Assembly (NCBI GenBank): GCA_963792075.1
Contig: CAWBUW010000012.1
Span: forward strand, 397,854-461,853
Reading direction: 5' to 3'
Length of the DNA stretch: 64,000 nt
DNA from: an uncultured Chloroflexia bacterium
GTDB lineage: Bacteria; Chloroflexota; Anaerolineae; Anaerolineales; UBA4823
Shown here: piece after piece, positions 54,013 to 61,634 of the stretch
Numbering within the stretch: the first letter of the stretch is position 1
How the letters are laid out: each line of letters begins with the position of its first letter
Position numbers and translations under genes: made by a program
Notes under the pieces: model-generated
Seen by the model: only the letters and a program-made list of their open reading frames with translations
The model's database searches: none
What the model was told of the DNA's origin: nothing

Positions 54013-54020
54013 AATCCTAT

Positions 54021-55085
54021 TTACCCTTTCAGGAAGGTTGTAAAGGCTTCCAAGAATTCAGCAGGCTTTTCCACATAAGGGGTGTGGCCGGTGTCGGTAA
54101 TCACCACCTCGTGGAACGACCCGCCCCGCGCTGCGTACTGCTCCAACACGTTACGCGTCTGGCCGACCATCGGCTGAGGTGGATAAACCTCATCCCCTGG
54201 CCAACCTGGGACGAAGCCAAGCTTGCCCAGGGTGCCCAGGTCAAAGAACGAGTTGTCCGAGACGATCTGATCCGAATCACCACGCACCCACAGCACCCGC
54301 GGCTTAGGCGTGGCAGCGATAAAACGCTTCACAGAATCGCCCACATACTTGGGCGTCGCGGCGTTGATCCCGCCCCATTTACCCGGTGCCACGTTCGGCC
54401 AGTTAGCAGAGGGCACAAAATCGCCGGGGTATTTCTCTGGGCCAATCTTCTCGGTCAGCAGCGAAGAGAGCAGGTCTTCTTCGCGAGCCGGTTTGAAAGG
54501 CGGTTTCCAGTAGAAGCTGTTCATTACGACGCGCGGGCTGGCGGTCGGGCTATCCATGCTGCGGTCGCCCTGAGCCATGCGCTGCGGGAATTCAGGGTTC
54601 ACCACCCCACCGCCAGAACCAGCAAAGTCAGGATAACAGGGCGTGCCGTTAATATCTTTGCTGCCACCAAAACCGTAGGGCGAGCCAGGGTTGACCAGCG
54701 TGGCGGAGAGAATACGAGCGCTGTTGGCCGCGATCAAATTAAAAACCAAGGCGCCGCCCAAGGAATGACCAACTGCGTGGAACTTCGCTGCGCCCAACGC
54801 ATCCGCCAGCGCGAAGGCATCGTCCACCCAGTCACCCAGGCCACGCGTGGCATCGATCAACAAGTCTTCAGTATCGCCATAACCACGCAGGTCAGGCGCT
54901 ACGGCGCGAAAACCTGCCGGGAGATGGAGCATGATCTCCTCCCAAAACGTCGCGGAGGAAGCGTTGCCGTGGAAAAAGAACACGGGCACACCGTTTTCTG
55001 GACCGCAGAACAGGGCATGCACTTTGAGGCGGGTCGTTTGTACAATCCTGGAGGTAATCCCAGGCAGAGTCGGGACAGTAGACAT
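54021..55085 (-). CDS. Alpha/beta-hydrolase
   Basis: 354 aa. FFFHGNASS oxyanion region, nucleophile elbow GHSLGG, C-terminal His (DTGHTPY). Confidence 0.75.
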   Translation of the reverse strand: MSTVPTLPGITSRIVQTTRLKVHALFCGPENGVPVFFFHGNASSATFWEEIMLHLPAGFRAVAPDLRGYGDTEDLLIDATRGLGDWVDDAFALADALGAAKFHAVGHSLGGALVFNLIAANSARILSATLVNPGSPYGFGGSKDINGTPCYPDFAGSGGGVVNPEFPQRMAQGDRSMDSPTASPRVVMNSFYWKPPFKPAREEDLLSSLLTEKIGPEKYPGDFVPSANWPNVAPGKWGGINAATPKYVGDSVKRFIAATPKPRVLWVRGDSDQIVSDNSFFDLGTLGKLGFVPGWPGDEVYPPQPMVGQTRNVLEQYAARGGSFHEVVITDTGHTPYVEKPAEFLEAFTTFLKG

Positions 55086-55161
55086 TGGTTTTCTCCTTTC
55101 GAATATGCGTGGTAAGCTGGTTTATGCAAATTGAGGTTGTTCGAACCAACCCGGAATTATT

Positions 55162-56706
55162 TTACCTGACAAACCGCTCGCGCAGCTCACGTTTGAGGAT
55201 CTTACCCGCCGCAGAAATGGGCAGGCTGTCCACGAAGATGACACTACGCGGAACCTTATATTTTGCCAGGCGAGCGCCCATAAATTCGAGCAGCTCGGCT
55301 TCGCTGGCGCTGGAACCTGGCTTGAGCACCACGCAAGCCTTGCCCACCTCCCCCCAACGGGGCTCAGGTACGCCAAACACAGCGCACATGTGAACGGCTG
55401 GGTGCTGGTAAAGTGCCTTTTCGATCTCCGCCGGATACACATTTTCACCACCGCTGATAAACATATCTTTCTTGCGATCAACGATGTAGAAATACCCTTC
55501 CGCATCATAGCGCGCCACGTCGCCGGTATGGAAGAAGCCCAATGAGTCCAAAACCGCGGCGCTGGTTTCCGGGTCAGCAAAATAGCCAGAGCAGTAAGAA
55601 GGACCCTTGAGCACCAACTCTCCATCCTGGTCCGGCCCCAGGAATTGCCCCTGGTCATCTACGATCCGGGCATCCACGTAAAAATTAGGGCGGCCAATCG
55701 AGCCTGCCTTGCGGATGGCATCTTCCGGCGCCAGGGCAAAAATACCCGGCCCAAACTCCGTCATTCCAAAGCCCTGTTTGAAACGGATGTGTTTTTCACG
55801 CGTATACTGCTCCACCAACGTCACCGGCAGCGGAGCGCCTCCCGAGGTGCAAAAACGCAATGAGGAGAGGTCTGCCTGCGACCAGTTCGACGCCTGGGTC
55901 AGCATCTGGTACATCGTGGGCACACCGGCGAAGACCGTGACGTGCTCGCGCTCAATCAGGTTGAGTACCTGCGCCGGATCAAACTGGCGGATCAAGATTG
56001 TAGCGCCGCCAAAGATCACCTGCGGCAGCGTGTAAACAAACAGGCCGCCCGTATGGAACATGGGGAAAACGTTCAAATAAATATCGTTGTGCGTGACGTC
56101 ATGGATCACCGTATTGAGCGTGTTCCAGGCGATCATACGATGGGAAACCTGGGCGGCTTTGGAGAGACCCGTGGTCCCACCCGTGAAAATCAACGCGGCG
56201 ATATCCTCGGCTTCCAATGATTCGCAAGTTACAGGGGTATCCGCCTGCGCTTGCAGCAGGGTCTCAAAGTGCTGGCTCCCGGCGATGCCTTCCCCTTCGA
56301 TATGGAAAAACCTGACAGGGAGAGCCGGACCCTCACGGAGCGCTTCGGCTAGCTGGCGCACGCTCTCTCGGAAATCATCCGAATACACCAGCACCTTCGG
56401 CGTCGTCTGGCGGAAAATCTCAACCAATTCTTGCCAGTGCAGGCGCCAATTCAACGCGGTGTGGATGGCGCCGAGCTTGGAGCAGGCAAAGAACGCGTCC
56501 AGGTGTTCTACCCCATCTCGCGCCAGGATCGCCACCCGGTCGCCCTTTGACACCCCCAGCAAGCGGAAGCCATTTGCCAGGCGGTTGGCGCGCCGGTTCA
56601 TCTCCTGGTAAGTCAGCCGCCATTCAGGGGATTTGCCTGCATCCACAATCGCCAGTGCCTGGGGTGAGTAAAGTTCTCTACGCGCCAGATAATCTCCGAT
56701 ATACAT
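55162..56706 (-). CDS. AMP-dependent synthetase/ligase with variant P-loop
   Basis: 514 aa. The AMP-binding P-loop variant FTGGTTGLSKA differs from the canonical TSGTTGxPKG. GFGMTE and TGD motifs are present. Confidence 0.85.
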   Translation of the reverse strand: MYIGDYLARRELYSPQALAIVDAGKSPEWRLTYQEMNRRANRLANGFRLLGVSKGDRVAILARDGVEHLDAFFACSKLGAIHTALNWRLHWQELVEIFRQTTPKVLVYSDDFRESVRQLAEALREGPALPVRFFHIEGEGIAGSQHFETLLQAQADTPVTCESLEAEDIAALIFTGGTTGLSKAAQVSHRMIAWNTLNTVIHDVTHNDIYLNVFPMFHTGGLFVYTLPQVIFGGATILIRQFDPAQVLNLIEREHVTVFAGVPTMYQMLTQASNWSQADLSSLRFCTSGGAPLPVTLVEQYTREKHIRFKQGFGMTEFGPGIFALAPEDAIRKAGSIGRPNFYVDARIVDDQGQFLGPDQDGELVLKGPSYCSGYFADPETSAAVLDSLGFFHTGDVARYDAEGYFYIVDRKKDMFISGGENVYPAEIEKALYQHPAVHMCAVFGVPEPRWGEVGKACVVLKPGSSASEAELLEFMGARLAKYKVPRSVIFVDSLPISAAGKILKRELRERFVR

Positions 56707-56742
56707 GGGAATGCTCCTTATGTGTTTCAGTAAAGCGCCTGT

Positions 56743-57747
56743 TTAAGCGGAAGCCGTCCATTTCCAGACTGAGGAGGCCATGCTGATCCCACCGCCGCTG
56801 GCGCAGAAGAGCACGATCTGGCCGGGTTTGGGGCCGCGACCCTGCGCAATGGCATCATCCAACGCCATTACCACACAGGGTGAGCCGGTGTACCCCCATT
56901 TATCCATCACCCAGTGCGTTTTGGTGATGGGCTGCCCTACCAGGTCCATCATCATTTCGATCGTACGCAGGTTGAGCTGAGTGAAGAGAAACAAGTCCAC
57001 GTCGCGGAAGGTCAGGCCGGCTTTATCCAGCGCACCTTGCATCAACCTGGGCCAATATTCCGTATTAAAGGTCTTGGGGAATTTCTTAACAAACTGCACC
57101 TTCGGCGGGCCAAATTCCTCCAGGTTAGCCGGCGTACAAGGACGGTAAGTACCGCCGGTATAGATGCCCAGCGCGTCATGGAACTCACCCACTGCCAGCA
57201 AGTTACTTGCCAGGAAGCCCGGCGTATCCCCCACGCCCAGAACGGCCGCGCCAGCGCCATCTGCGAACAGGTTGGCGGTCTTTTTATCGGTCAGGTCTAA
57301 ATAACGGCTCATCCCGTACCCACCCGCCACCAACACATATTTCATGGATGGCTCGGTCAGCAAATTGCGCGCGCCCTGGTCCAGGGCAGTCACCCAGCCG
57401 GCGCAGGCGCTGTTGATGTCAAAACAGCCAGCCCGGCCGGCCCCCAGCTTATGTTGTACCACGACCGAGGTACTGGGAGAGAGGTAGTCCGGCGTATCCG
57501 TCGAGACGATGATCAGGTCCAGATCCTGTGCGGTCAGCCCAGCGCGCTGCAAAGCGCGTTGCGATGCCAGGGTGATCAAGTCCGAGGTCGCTTGTTCGGG
57601 CGCCATCCAGCGCCGTTCCCGGATGCCCACATTCTCTTCCAGCCAGGCTGAGGTAGATTCTCCCAGCATTGCATCTATTTCGGCGTTGGTGACCACTCGT
57701 TCGGGTACATAACTTCCCGTCGCAAGCAACTGCACGTTACGGTTCAT
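56743..57747 (-). CDS. KAS III (FabH)-like thiolase-fold protein that retains Cys but lacks the His and Asn of the catalytic triad
   Basis: 334 aa from the ATG at 57747 (GGAGAAG RBS). Cys context NSACAGW. By-eye alignment to E. coli FabH: PHQANLRI becomes FTQLNLRT and HGNTSAAS becomes WGYTGSPC. Confidence 0.8.
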   Translation of the reverse strand: MNRNVQLLATGSYVPERVVTNAEIDAMLGESTSAWLEENVGIRERRWMAPEQATSDLITLASQRALQRAGLTAQDLDLIIVSTDTPDYLSPSTSVVVQHKLGAGRAGCFDINSACAGWVTALDQGARNLLTEPSMKYVLVAGGYGMSRYLDLTDKKTANLFADGAGAAVLGVGDTPGFLASNLLAVGEFHDALGIYTGGTYRPCTPANLEEFGPPKVQFVKKFPKTFNTEYWPRLMQGALDKAGLTFRDVDLFLFTQLNLRTIEMMMDLVGQPITKTHWVMDKWGYTGSPCVVMALDDAIAQGRGPKPGQIVLFCASGGGISMASSVWKWTASA

Positions 57748-57824
57748 AAGAGTTTCTTCTCCAAAAGGGTATGATAACGAAAAATCACGCTGCATTGAGC
57801 CAGCCGCGCCAACTGCCGGGCCGG

Positions 57825-58034
57825 TTACGTGGAGTGCGTGTCTAACGGCACAAAGCGTTGGATAAACGCCACGGCTTCCTGCCAGGAACTGAAGTTCAGC
57901 TCCTGTTCCGTTTGAATATGCCGGATGGAGCCGCGATAAGGCTGCGGAGGGCCGCCCTCAGGCTGCTCTCCAACGGGAGGCAGGACAAACCGGATGACGA
58001 AAGATGTGATCGTGGGTGAGGCAGGTATATCCAT
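57825..58034 (-). CDS. Small hypothetical protein (69 aa)
   Basis: Opens with the ATG at 58034; the ORF-track start at 58064 is a TTG. It sits between the regulator and the KAS III-like gene. The sequence SFVIRFV...YRGSIRHIQTEQELNFSSWQEAVAFIQRFV looks protein-like. No family recognised. Confidence 0.45.
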   Translation of the reverse strand: MDIPASPTITSFVIRFVLPPVGEQPEGGPPQPYRGSIRHIQTEQELNFSSWQEAVAFIQRFVPLDTHST

Positions 58035-58040
58035 ACGCAA

Positions 58041-58055
58041 TGTATCCTGGATACA
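58041..58055. promoter_or_regulatory. 15-nt palindrome TGTATCC-T-GGATACA upstream of the small ORF
   Basis: Perfect 7-bp arms, ending 6 nt upstream of the ATG at 58034. Confidence 0.4.
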
Positions 58056-58090
58056 GGATATCAAAGTCCGGTAACACCAGAGTTACACTA

Positions 58091-58137
58091 TGGGATGGTG
58101 GGTGTGGGCAGCTTCGCTGCCCACACCCACCATCCCA
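58091..58137. other. 22-bp perfect hairpin 6 nt downstream of the regulator stop codon
   Basis: TGGGATGGTGGGTGTGGGCAGC-TTC-GCTGCCCACACCCACCATCCCA. No U-tract. Confidence 0.7.
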
Positions 58138-58142
58138 TCCCA

Positions 58143-61100
58143 CTAATTGGCCAACTGGTCGTAAAGCGCCTGGGTCTCTGCGGATGGCGCCAGGTCCAGC
58201 TCCGCACGCAAGGTCTGCACGCAGCGTTGGTAGGTACGGCCCACCTGCCCGCGATCTCCCAGATGAGCATAGGCCTGCATCAGGTGGCGGTAAGCCCGTT
58301 CCCAGCAATTATCCTGCGCCAGGATGCGCTGGCCCAGCTCAACCACTTCGCTATATTGGCCGGCGTGCAGCAGCAGGTCCGAGAGCCGGTCGGCGGCCTC
58401 CAAAAACATGACGGCCATGCGCTCGCGTTCTTGGGCAGCCCACGTCTCGTAGAGCGTCTCTGGCAGGTATTCCCCTTGGTACAGCTTCAGCGCGGCGCGC
58501 AGCGTCTCCAGCCGGCGGTCATCGGGTCGTGGAGATTCCGGCCGTTCCGCCTGGCGCACCAGGCGCTCAAACTGCTCCACATCCAGCCAGATATCCGCCT
58601 CAGAGCGTAAACCATACCCTGTTCCTTCTCGCAAAATAAAAGCCGATTCAGCGCCGGGTTTCCGCTCCGGTTCCAGCACCTGGTAGAGCGTATTCAGCGT
58701 AATCTTGAAATTACGTTGGACTGTGCTGGCGTCAGCCCCCGGCCAGAGGTGCTCGCAAATCTGATCACGTTCCAGGGGAGTATGGCGAAAGGTAAGCAGC
58801 AGTTGAAAAAGGTGACGGGCTTTCTCCCTCCGCCAACCGGAGGCGGGGACGAGATCGTCGCCACGCCAGACCTGAAAGCTGCCCAGGGTGCTGACGCGAA
58901 GCTGGTAACCTGGATGCAGGGACACGTCTGTAAGCCCCATAACGCCCAGCAGGCGGGTAACATACCCTGCCTCCCAGCCATGCTGTCGCGCCAAGGCGAG
59001 CAGCGGGACAAAGATGCGCTCATCCGGCGCGCCCAGTAGGGAAGGACGGATCCATAAGAAATCATAACCACGTTCGCGGCAGGCCGCCAACACTTCCGGC
59101 AGCACCGGTTCCAAACGCTGGTGCCGTTTTTGGCGCTGCCAGCTCAAGCACAACCACAGCCGGGCTGCATTACGCCCAAACACATCGCTGCATTCCTGGA
59201 ACCCGGTAAACGCCCGGCTCAACCAGGTTTCAGCCGCCTCATATCTGCCGGCGAGTACCAGGCTGGCGCCTAAAGCCAGGCGCACCAGCGAAGCGATCCA
59301 TTCATCCCCGGCCTGCGCCGCAATCTCGATCGCGTCCAGAGCGTACTGCTGCGCCTGGGGCAGCTCTCCTAGATAGCCATAAGCGCGGCACAGACCCCAA
59401 TTCGCCTCCACCAGCAGGCGGGGGACGCTCAAGCTGCGGCTGATTTGCACGCATTTTTCAAACTGGAGACGGGCATTGGCGTAGTTTGCGAAGCGTTGGT
59501 CCGTAAAAGCCGCCTGCGCCATCAAGGCATGTCCCTGGCGCATATATCCCACCGCAGTGATGAACGGGGACTTAAGCTCCTCGCCGCGCTGGGTACCTTC
59601 CAACGCAGCCTGGTAAGCCAGCTCACCCTCGCCCTGAAAAGAGTAGATCAACGAGAGAAGCAGCAAGGTTTCCCGGTGGGCGCGTGGAGTCTGCACTGGC
59701 GCGCGGCGCTCAGCCGCAGCGCGTGCCTCCAAGGCCTGGCGCGCCTCGCCGATCCGTCCGGTGCGCAGCAGCACGCGAAAAAGCAGTTGCTCGTTCGAGG
59801 GGCCTTCACTGCGCAAATCATCCGCTTTTTGGCGCAAGCGCTCGGCCTCTTCCACCCGGCCGGCATTCAGCTTGTTCTCGGCCAGCAGTTCGTACAGGCG
59901 CACCTGCGCCTCGCGGTCTTCAAACCCATCGCTGAGAAAAACGGATTGTTGTAACAGCTCCTCCGCCTTGCTCGGATTGACCGTATCCAGGTAGACGCGC
60001 GCCTGGCCACGCAGGGCACGCGCTACGCCACCTGATTGGCCATGCGATCGCCAGACCGCTTCGGCCTGCTGGTACCAACCCAACGCTTCCTGAAAACGGG
60101 AGTACAGGCGGGCAAGGTCACCCATGTAAAACAACAGCAGGGGTTGTGCAGACAGCGTTTCAGGCGGCAGGGCATCCAACTGAGATGCCAGCGCTTCCAA
60201 ACGCCCAGAGGCTAAGAGTTGGCCGCCGAATTCAGCCAACTGTGCTGCGACATCCGACCAGGCCTCTGCCCACCTGTAGTGATAAATCGCATTTTCATGA
60301 TCCTGGCGGGTGAGGAAATAGACGGCCGCGCTGGCGTGCCAGGCCTGGCGCTGCTCTTTGGACGCCTGCTGCCGTAAAAACTCATGGAATATATGATGAT
60401 AACGCAGGATGCCCTCGCTGGTCTCCACCACGAACAAATCCTGCCGGCGCAAATACGCCAGCATCGCCGTGCTGTCGCGCACCTCGCTGCCGGTCCCCAC
60501 AGGCTTCCTCTCCGGATCGATACGTAGGGACTGCAAAGAGCAGCTACGCACGGCGTCGCACGCTTCCGGGATTAACTCACGCAGCGTGGCTGTGATCAGC
60601 AAGAACTCGCGAATATCCGCCGACTGCTGTGCAAAAACATCACGTGCCAGCACCTCGAACAAGGCATCCAGCGAGTCCATTTGCAAATATGCGGAGAAAT
60701 TGAGCGCTGTCGCCGAACGGCTGCGCAGGTTCTGCCAGGTTAGCTGAAGCGCAATCGCCCAACCCTCGGTATAGTCCAACAGCACGTCCACTTCATCCGA
60801 GGTAAGCTCATAACCGTACTGCTGTGCGAACAAAGCTGCGGTTTCTGGACCGGTAAATGTAAGGGCAGTCTGGTCAAGCAGGAGGACATCGCCCTGCAAG
60901 CGCCAGCGGGCCAGGTTCGGCAGTTGGATCGGCGGACGGCCGGCCAACAACACGTGCAGCGCTGCGGGCGCCAGCCCAATCAAGCGATCCATGATTTGAG
61001 CCACCTCACCCGATTCCAAAACCAGGTGGATATCGTCCATCACCAAAAGTGTGGGCGCGGTCAGGCCTTCACTCAAAGCATTTAAGTATCCATCCAGCAA

Positions 61101-61448
61101 GCTGCGCCAGGGCAGCGGCCCTTGTGAGCCATCCCAGGATTCGAGAAATGCAGTGGGCAGTCCATCCAGGCCGGGAAGCGATAATTGGGTGGCATGGCAC
61201 AGGTACAGCAGGAATACGAGTGGGTCGCTGTCTTCCTGAGTAACCTGATACCAGATCAAAGGCTGCATCTCCGTGGTCAGTTCGGCTAATGCGGTGCTCT
61301 TCCCATATCCTGCGCCAGCCTGCAGCAGTGTCAGGCGATAGTGCTGCGCGTCAGCCAGGCGCTGGCTGACGCGTGGGCGCGACAAAGTGCGCGGCGCGCG
61401 GCGCGGGGGAATGATTTTTGTACGCAGGATCTTCGGAAAGATGGGCAT
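58143..61448 (-). CDS. STAND-type ATPase (MalT-N-like) + TPR region + C-terminal SARP module (OmpR-type wHTH + BTAD) transcriptional regulator
   Basis: 1101 aa. MalT-like N-terminus (KIIPPRRAPRTLSRPRV...LLQAGAGYGKST, Walker A), a long helical-repeat middle, and a C-terminal LGSFQVWRGDDLVP...EKARHLFQLLL...LWPG plus a BTAD-like helical domain. Confidence 0.85.
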   Translation of the reverse strand: MPIFPKILRTKIIPPRRAPRTLSRPRVSQRLADAQHYRLTLLQAGAGYGKSTALAELTTEMQPLIWYQVTQEDSDPLVFLLYLCHATQLSLPGLDGLPTAFLESWDGSQGPLPWRSLLDGYLNALSEGLTAPTLLVMDDIHLVLESGEVAQIMDRLIGLAPAALHVLLAGRPPIQLPNLARWRLQGDVLLLDQTALTFTGPETAALFAQQYGYELTSDEVDVLLDYTEGWAIALQLTWQNLRSRSATALNFSAYLQMDSLDALFEVLARDVFAQQSADIREFLLITATLRELIPEACDAVRSCSLQSLRIDPERKPVGTGSEVRDSTAMLAYLRRQDLFVVETSEGILRYHHIFHEFLRQQASKEQRQAWHASAAVYFLTRQDHENAIYHYRWAEAWSDVAAQLAEFGGQLLASGRLEALASQLDALPPETLSAQPLLLFYMGDLARLYSRFQEALGWYQQAEAVWRSHGQSGGVARALRGQARVYLDTVNPSKAEELLQQSVFLSDGFEDREAQVRLYELLAENKLNAGRVEEAERLRQKADDLRSEGPSNEQLLFRVLLRTGRIGEARQALEARAAAERRAPVQTPRAHRETLLLLSLIYSFQGEGELAYQAALEGTQRGEELKSPFITAVGYMRQGHALMAQAAFTDQRFANYANARLQFEKCVQISRSLSVPRLLVEANWGLCRAYGYLGELPQAQQYALDAIEIAAQAGDEWIASLVRLALGASLVLAGRYEAAETWLSRAFTGFQECSDVFGRNAARLWLCLSWQRQKRHQRLEPVLPEVLAACRERGYDFLWIRPSLLGAPDERIFVPLLALARQHGWEAGYVTRLLGVMGLTDVSLHPGYQLRVSTLGSFQVWRGDDLVPASGWRREKARHLFQLLLTFRHTPLERDQICEHLWPGADASTVQRNFKITLNTLYQVLEPERKPGAESAFILREGTGYGLRSEADIWLDVEQFERLVRQAERPESPRPDDRRLETLRAALKLYQGEYLPETLYETWAAQERERMAVMFLEAADRLSDLLLHAGQYSEVVELGQRILAQDNCWERAYRHLMQAYAHLGDRGQVGRTYQRCVQTLRAELDLAPSAETQALYDQLAN

Positions 61449-61543
61449 TTTAGTTCCAGGCTTATTTTACGCCAAAGCACCCTGTTCTTGGTAACTATTT
61501 ATCGCGCCAGTCCATGTGCTAAAATAACGTGAATTCGGATAAG

Positions 61544-61594
61544 GGTTTTGGGGTTGTTTTGGGCGGCGAAGCCGCCCAAAACAACCCCAAAACC
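61544..61594. other. 24-bp perfect hairpin in a divergent promoter region
   Basis: GGTTTTGGGGTTGTTTTGGGCGGC-GAA-GCCGCCCAAAACAACCCCAAAACC. Located between the regulator start (61448, minus) and the dehydrogenase start (61635, plus). Confidence 0.7.
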
Positions 61595-61634
61595 TCTTAC
61601 ACCCGAGCTGATGTTGGGCAGCACAGGAGGTCTT

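Noticed and set aside
49006-55115. Plus-strand ORFs of 280, 372, 258 and 343 aa opposite the hydrolase, acyl-CoA synthetase, thiolase and hydrolase genes.
   Set aside because: They are antisense shadows in high-GC coding DNA with Arg/His/Gly-rich sequences and no motifs.
48946-57747. Calling the cluster a bona fide oleABCD olefin/beta-lactone operon.
   Set aside because: Only the enzyme families match. The SDR is a short classical FabG-like type rather than the extended OleD type. The KAS III-like protein lacks His and Asn, which I recall OleA retaining. The gene order differs, and a thiolase-DUF35 pair is not part of Ole systems.
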